From positions 485,894 to 517,893 of the forward strand of contig CAVTVB010000008.1 of assembly GCA_963738035.1 (NCBI GenBank): a stretch of DNA of 32,000 nucleotides. The letters are read 5' to 3'. The notes beneath the pieces were generated by a model. That model did no database searches. It was not told the DNA's origin and was given only the letters and a program-made list of their open reading frames with translations. Positions within the stretch are counted from its first letter, which is position 1. Each line of letters starts with the position of its first letter. The position numbers and the translations under genes were made by a program. The stretch is from an uncultured Acidobacteriaceae bacterium (GTDB lineage Bacteria > Acidobacteriota > Terriglobia > Terriglobales > Acidobacteriaceae). Below are positions 28,188-32,000 of this stretch, one piece after another.

Positions 28188-29627
28188 TCACGCCCTCGGA
28201 AGGACCTTTACGCGGATTCCGTTCTTGGGGCGCAAAGTGATCTTCGGCTGCAGCTCGATCTTCTGCCCCGCGACAAGCTCAAAGCGCCACCGCTGCGCAA
28301 TCGTCGCCAGCGCAAGAATCGCCTCCATCCATGCAAACGATTCCCCAATGCACTGCCGCCCACCGCCGCCAAAGGGAAAATAAGCGAACCGCGGCCGTCC
28401 TGCCTTGGCTTCCGGCGTAAACCGCTCGGGGCAGAACCGCTCCGGATCAGGAAACCACTGCGGATCTCGCTGAACAATGTACTGGCTGAAAAAAACCATG
28501 GTCCCCTTGCGAAGCCGATACGGCCCGATTGAAACATCCTGCAACACTTCGCGCCCCATCGCCCACGCCGGCGGATAGAGCCGCATAGATTCGGACAACA
28601 CCATGGCTGTGTACTCAAGCCGCGGAATATCCTCGAACGTCGGCAGCCTCCCGCCCAGAACCGTATCGAGTTCAGCATGAAACCGCGCTTCGGCCTCTGG
28701 GTTCTGCCCCAGCAGAAGCCAGGTCCACGCCAGCGCATTGGCCACCGTCTCATATCCGGCAAGGAACAGCGTCAGAACCTGGTCGCGGATTTGCTGCGCA
28801 TCGAGCTTGTGCCCGTCGCCCCCCGCCTGGTCGTCCCGCGCCGCAACCAGCATCGACAGCAGGTCGCCATGCCGCTCCGGGTTTCTCCCTGGGTTTGCCT
28901 CCTCCGCGCTTCGCGCCTGAACCATGCCATTCACGACTTCATCCAGCCGCTTCTTTGCTGCGCGAAACCGCCGCATCTGCGGCAACGGCGTATTCAGCAA
29001 AAGCTCAGCTCGCGGTAGCGTGACCAGGAAGTGATAGAGGTCCATGATGATATTCACCTGGTCGTTGATCTCGTGAATCTCGGCCGTCACTTCGGTATCG
29101 AATAAAGTACGCGCCGTAATCTGCAAAGCCAGCCGCATCATTTCGGCGGCGATGTTGAGTTCCGCTCCGGGCTGCCATTGCGCGCAAAGCCCGTCGGCAA
29201 GTTCCACAATCTGTGCAGCGTAGCGCTCAATGCGTCGCCGGTGAAAGGCAGGAGCGGCGATGCGGCGTCCTCGATTGTGATTCTCACCGTCCGAAGTGAT
29301 CATCCCCTCGCCCAGCAGGATCTTCATTCGCTTCTGCGTCCTGTCTTTGCCGAAGAACGCTGCCTTGTCGATGAGCACCTCCGCGATATCGGCGGGGTCG
29401 TTCAGGAGCACAACGTCATGCAACAGAATGCGATAGTGCGCCGCGCGTCCGTAGCGCTGCAGGTGTTCAAACAGAAGAATGGGATTGGTCGGATCGAAGA
29501 ATCCATGAAACCGGTAGAAAGGCAGATTGAAACGCAGGCCCGGAGGATACGCATATGGCCCGCGCTTCACCACTTTCGTTCGTTTGTGCTTATCGGTAGA
29601 GTCAAGGACAGAATCGGCAGACTTCAC
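28188..29627 (-). CDS. Cytochrome P450
   Basis: Heme loop FAYFPFGGGGRQCIGESFAWMEA; I-helix LTLFLAGYETVANALAWTWLLL; K-helix ESMRLYPP; PERF. Confidence 0.95.
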   Translation of the reverse strand: MKSADSVLDSTDKHKRTKVVKRGPYAYPPGLRFNLPFYRFHGFFDPTNPILLFEHLQRYGRAAHYRILLHDVVLLNDPADIAEVLIDKAAFFGKDRTQKRMKILLGEGMITSDGENHNRGRRIAAPAFHRRRIERYAAQIVELADGLCAQWQPGAELNIAAEMMRLALQITARTLFDTEVTAEIHEINDQVNIIMDLYHFLVTLPRAELLLNTPLPQMRRFRAAKKRLDEVVNGMVQARSAEEANPGRNPERHGDLLSMLVAARDDQAGGDGHKLDAQQIRDQVLTLFLAGYETVANALAWTWLLLGQNPEAEARFHAELDTVLGGRLPTFEDIPRLEYTAMVLSESMRLYPPAWAMGREVLQDVSIGPYRLRKGTMVFFSQYIVQRDPQWFPDPERFCPERFTPEAKAGRPRFAYFPFGGGGRQCIGESFAWMEAILALATIAQRWRFELVAGQKIELQPKITLRPKNGIRVKVLPRA

Positions 29628-29691
29628 GGTTCGAGTCTAGAGCATCGCGTGCGCGACTCGACCTGACCGATTTGATCACGCTGAAATCGAA

Positions 29692-29720
29692 GGCTCCGGA
29701 TTCCAATGATCTCCGGAGCC
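29692..29720. terminator. Hairpin between the TlpA-like gene and the P450 gene
   Basis: Perfect 9-bp arms GGCTCCGGA/TCCGGAGCC with an 11-nt loop, just past the TlpA-like stop at 29732. Confidence 0.5.
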
Positions 29721-29731
29721 ACCGCGCTCGT

Positions 29732-30598
29732 TTACTGGTGAATTCCCGCCTGGGCCAGCATCAGCAGGAACTGTCGCTGTGTGCGCATATCGATAGCGGT
29801 CGCGACCAGCTTGCCTTCGCGGTCGAATACGAAGCTTTTTGGAATTCCACCGTCCACGTGAAACTGGTTCGCAACCTTTGAACCCGGATCAAGCAGTACG
29901 GTCGGATGGAAATTCATGGGCTCGATGGTCTTGGCGATCAGAAAAGGATCCGAAGATGGGACTTCCTCGGGATCAATTGCGAGCACGACGAGCCCCTGCG
30001 ATTGAAGATGTGTGTAGATGGCATCAAGATCGGGCATTTCCATCCGGCATGGCGCACACCAGGTAGCCCAGAAATTCACCAGCACAACCTTGCCACGGAG
30101 TTGAGAGAACGTGACCTTCTTCCCGTGCAGATCTTTCAGCGTGAAATCGATCTTTTCGATATCTGCGTCATTCTTTGCAAGAGCTTCAGAAGCTTTAACA
30201 AAAAGCGGGTCGGTGAGCGTTGAAGTGGCATGCTCGTATCGGACGAGTCGCGCCAGGTCGAAGTATGGAGCAGGCGGCCAGTCTTTCTTTGCGGGAATCG
30301 GCGTCTCGGCCAGCGCCTGCGACAGCGTATCGGCAACGGCCTGAATCGTCTCGGCCCCCTGGTCGCCTTCTGTCGCCAGATGAGCAAGATCGTCGGCGAG
30401 ACCGACCTTGGACTTCCCAGCCGGCAGCGCCCGGATATCGGCGGCGAGCTTGACGATGGTAGTTGGTCTCTGCGCCGACGGCACATCGCGAAGGCCGGCT
30501 ATCTGCTTCTGAATTGCGTCTTCCGGTCCTTTGGCAAAGGCCAGTGGGGCGACCAAAAGAAGCGCTGCACAAAGAAATACCCGTCGACTCGGGATCAT
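29732..30598 (-). CDS. TlpA-family thioredoxin-like disulfide reductase, exported
   Basis: DLHGKKVTFSQLRGKVVLVNFWATWCAPCRMEMPDLDAIYTHL, GGIPKSFVFDREGKLVATAI; signal peptide from the ATG at 30598 (MIPSRRVFLCAALLLVAPLAFA). Confidence 0.9.
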   Translation of the reverse strand: MIPSRRVFLCAALLLVAPLAFAKGPEDAIQKQIAGLRDVPSAQRPTTIVKLAADIRALPAGKSKVGLADDLAHLATEGDQGAETIQAVADTLSQALAETPIPAKKDWPPAPYFDLARLVRYEHATSTLTDPLFVKASEALAKNDADIEKIDFTLKDLHGKKVTFSQLRGKVVLVNFWATWCAPCRMEMPDLDAIYTHLQSQGLVVLAIDPEEVPSSDPFLIAKTIEPMNFHPTVLLDPGSKVANQFHVDGGIPKSFVFDREGKLVATAIDMRTQRQFLLMLAQAGIHQ

Positions 30599-30822
30599 CT
30601 GTTCTCCCTGACTGAATGAATCGAGTTCATTCATTTTTCTTTTTTGATTTCGCCGGGATTATATCCATACCACCACCGCCATGTTTGTGATTTGCTGCAC
30701 GTCAGCCCCGCGGTGGCGATCCGCATACAATCTTTGGGCGCTAAGTGCTTTAAGGACTATCCTCGCAACCTTCCCAACGGTCTCCCCGTACAATGAAAAA
30801 GGAAGCCCGTTTTTGCGAAACC

Positions 30823-32000
30823 ATGGCAAAAGACGCAGAGAAGTCACGCGAACCCAATTCGAAACCAGCCAGTGAAAGCAAGCCGGAACTTCGCAAGACC
30901 GACGAGGATCCAGTTGGCAAAGTCTACGACTCCCGCCTGATCAAGCGCCTTGGGCATTATCTGCGCCCCTACTGGTTGCAGGCGGCGATCTCGTCCGTCT
31001 CCATCTCCTTGAAATCCATGAGCGATGTTGCCGGGCCCTACCTGGTGATGGTGGGCATCGACCGCTATTTCCCGACGGACAAAGGCGTGACCGGAGCCAC
31101 AATACTGAGCCATGAAGGCGGACCTACAGCTCTTCTCCTTCGCCATCTGCCCACCAACCCCATGCAAGGCATCACCCGGCTCGCTCTCATCTTCCTTGTC
31201 GCCCAGGTCTCCGCTTATCTTTTTGAGTTCATCCAGACCTACCTGATGCAGTGGACGGGTCAGAAGATCATGTTCGACCTGCGCCGCGACATCTTCAGTC
31301 ACATGCAGCGCATGCACGTTGGGTTCTTCGACACGCACGCGGTGGGCCGCCTCGTCACGCGCATCACTTCAGACGTCGATGCCATCAATGAAATGTTCAC
31401 CGGCGGCATTCTTGCCATCGTCGACGACTTCTTCACGCTGACGATCATGGCCATCGTGATGCTCAACATCAACTGGTGGCTGGCGCTGCTGGCTTTCGCC
31501 GTCTTGCCGCTCATCCTCATCGTCACGCGCCTGTTCCGCAACAGTGTTCGCGAAAGCTATCGCCGCGTGCGCGCCGCCATCGCCCGCATCAACAGCTTCA
31601 CCCAGGAACACATCAGCGGCATGGCCGTGGTGCAGCTCTTCAATCGCGAAGAACGCGCCTACAAAGACTTCGAAGACGTCAACCGCCTGCACATGATCGC
31701 CTTCAAGGACACCATCTTCGCCTACGCGCTCTACTACCCAGCGGTCGAAATACTGTCGTCAGTCGCGATCGCACTCGTCATCTGGCGAGGCGGCTTCGGC
31801 GTGCTTGCGGGCACGGTGACCATCGGCATGCTGGCTGCGTTCAATATGTATTCGCAGCGCTTCTGGCGTCCCATCCAGGACCTGAGCGACAAGTACAACA
31901 TCCTGCAAGCCGCCATGGCGGCATGCGAACGCATCTTCAAGCTGCTCGACACCGCACCTGAGATCGTCAGCCCCGCCAATCCCCGCTCCGGCGACGGATC
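30823..32000 (+). CDS. ABC transporter permease/ATP-binding (MsbA-like exporter), partial, truncated by the window edge
   Basis: Manually translated open frame missing from the ORF track: MAKDAEKSREPNSKPASESKPELRKTDEDPVGKVYDSRLIKRLGHYLRPYW...LMQWTGQKIMFDLRRDIFSHMQRMHVGFFDTHAVGRLVTRITSDVDAINEMFTGG; alternative start at 30793. Confidence 0.88.
   Translation, partial: MAKDAEKSREPNSKPASESKPELRKTDEDPVGKVYDSRLIKRLGHYLRPYWLQAAISSVSISLKSMSDVAGPYLVMVGIDRYFPTDKGVTGATILSHEGGPTALLLRHLPTNPMQGITRLALIFLVAQVSAYLFEFIQTYLMQWTGQKIMFDLRRDIFSHMQRMHVGFFDTHAVGRLVTRITSDVDAINEMFTGGILAIVDDFFTLTIMAIVMLNINWWLALLAFAVLPLILIVTRLFRNSVRESYRRVRAAIARINSFTQEHISGMAVVQLFNREERAYKDFEDVNRLHMIAFKDTIFAYALYYPAVEILSSVAIALVIWRGGFGVLAGTVTIGMLAAFNMYSQRFWRPIQDLSDKYNILQAAMAACERIFKLLDTAPEIVSPANPRSGDG

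Overview
The window looks like ordinary chromosomal DNA from an Acidobacteriota-like genome. That assignment is inferred from an ADOP-type permease, codon usage and the type of hypothetical genes; it was not tested. Recognisable genes include tRNA-Glu(CTC), two tandem DUF507 genes, a 2Fe-2S ferredoxin-like gene, recJ, a WXXGXW-repeat protein with a Gln-rich tail, tmk, a secreted phosphoesterase, a sigma/anti-sigma pair, a cupin+SnoaL-like fusion, and an arsenic locus (acr3-arsR divergent from arsM-arsC). Further genes are secA, an ADOP-type FtsX permease, a CYTH protein, a Sua5-type tsaC, an Hfq-like gene, holB, a cytochrome P450, a TlpA-like thioredoxin, and an ABC exporter that runs off the right edge. 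I found no CRISPR array, prophage, or convincing novel multi-gene defence or mobile system. The points most worth a second look are: (1) a 146-bp intergenic element with 14-bp terminal inverted repeats and two internal hairpins; (2) two related small hydrophobic ORFs upstream of secA, one apparently frameshifted; (3) interlocked divergent promoters and a palindrome in the ars locus, plus Cys-rich tails on ArsM and ArsR; (4) a secreted unknown protein with Met/His-rich ends; (5) a DinB-like gene with two apparent frameshifts and a TonB-C-terminal-like gene with an apparent internal deletion; (6) a divergent Hfq-like protein. All family calls come from reading the translated sequence, with no database search.
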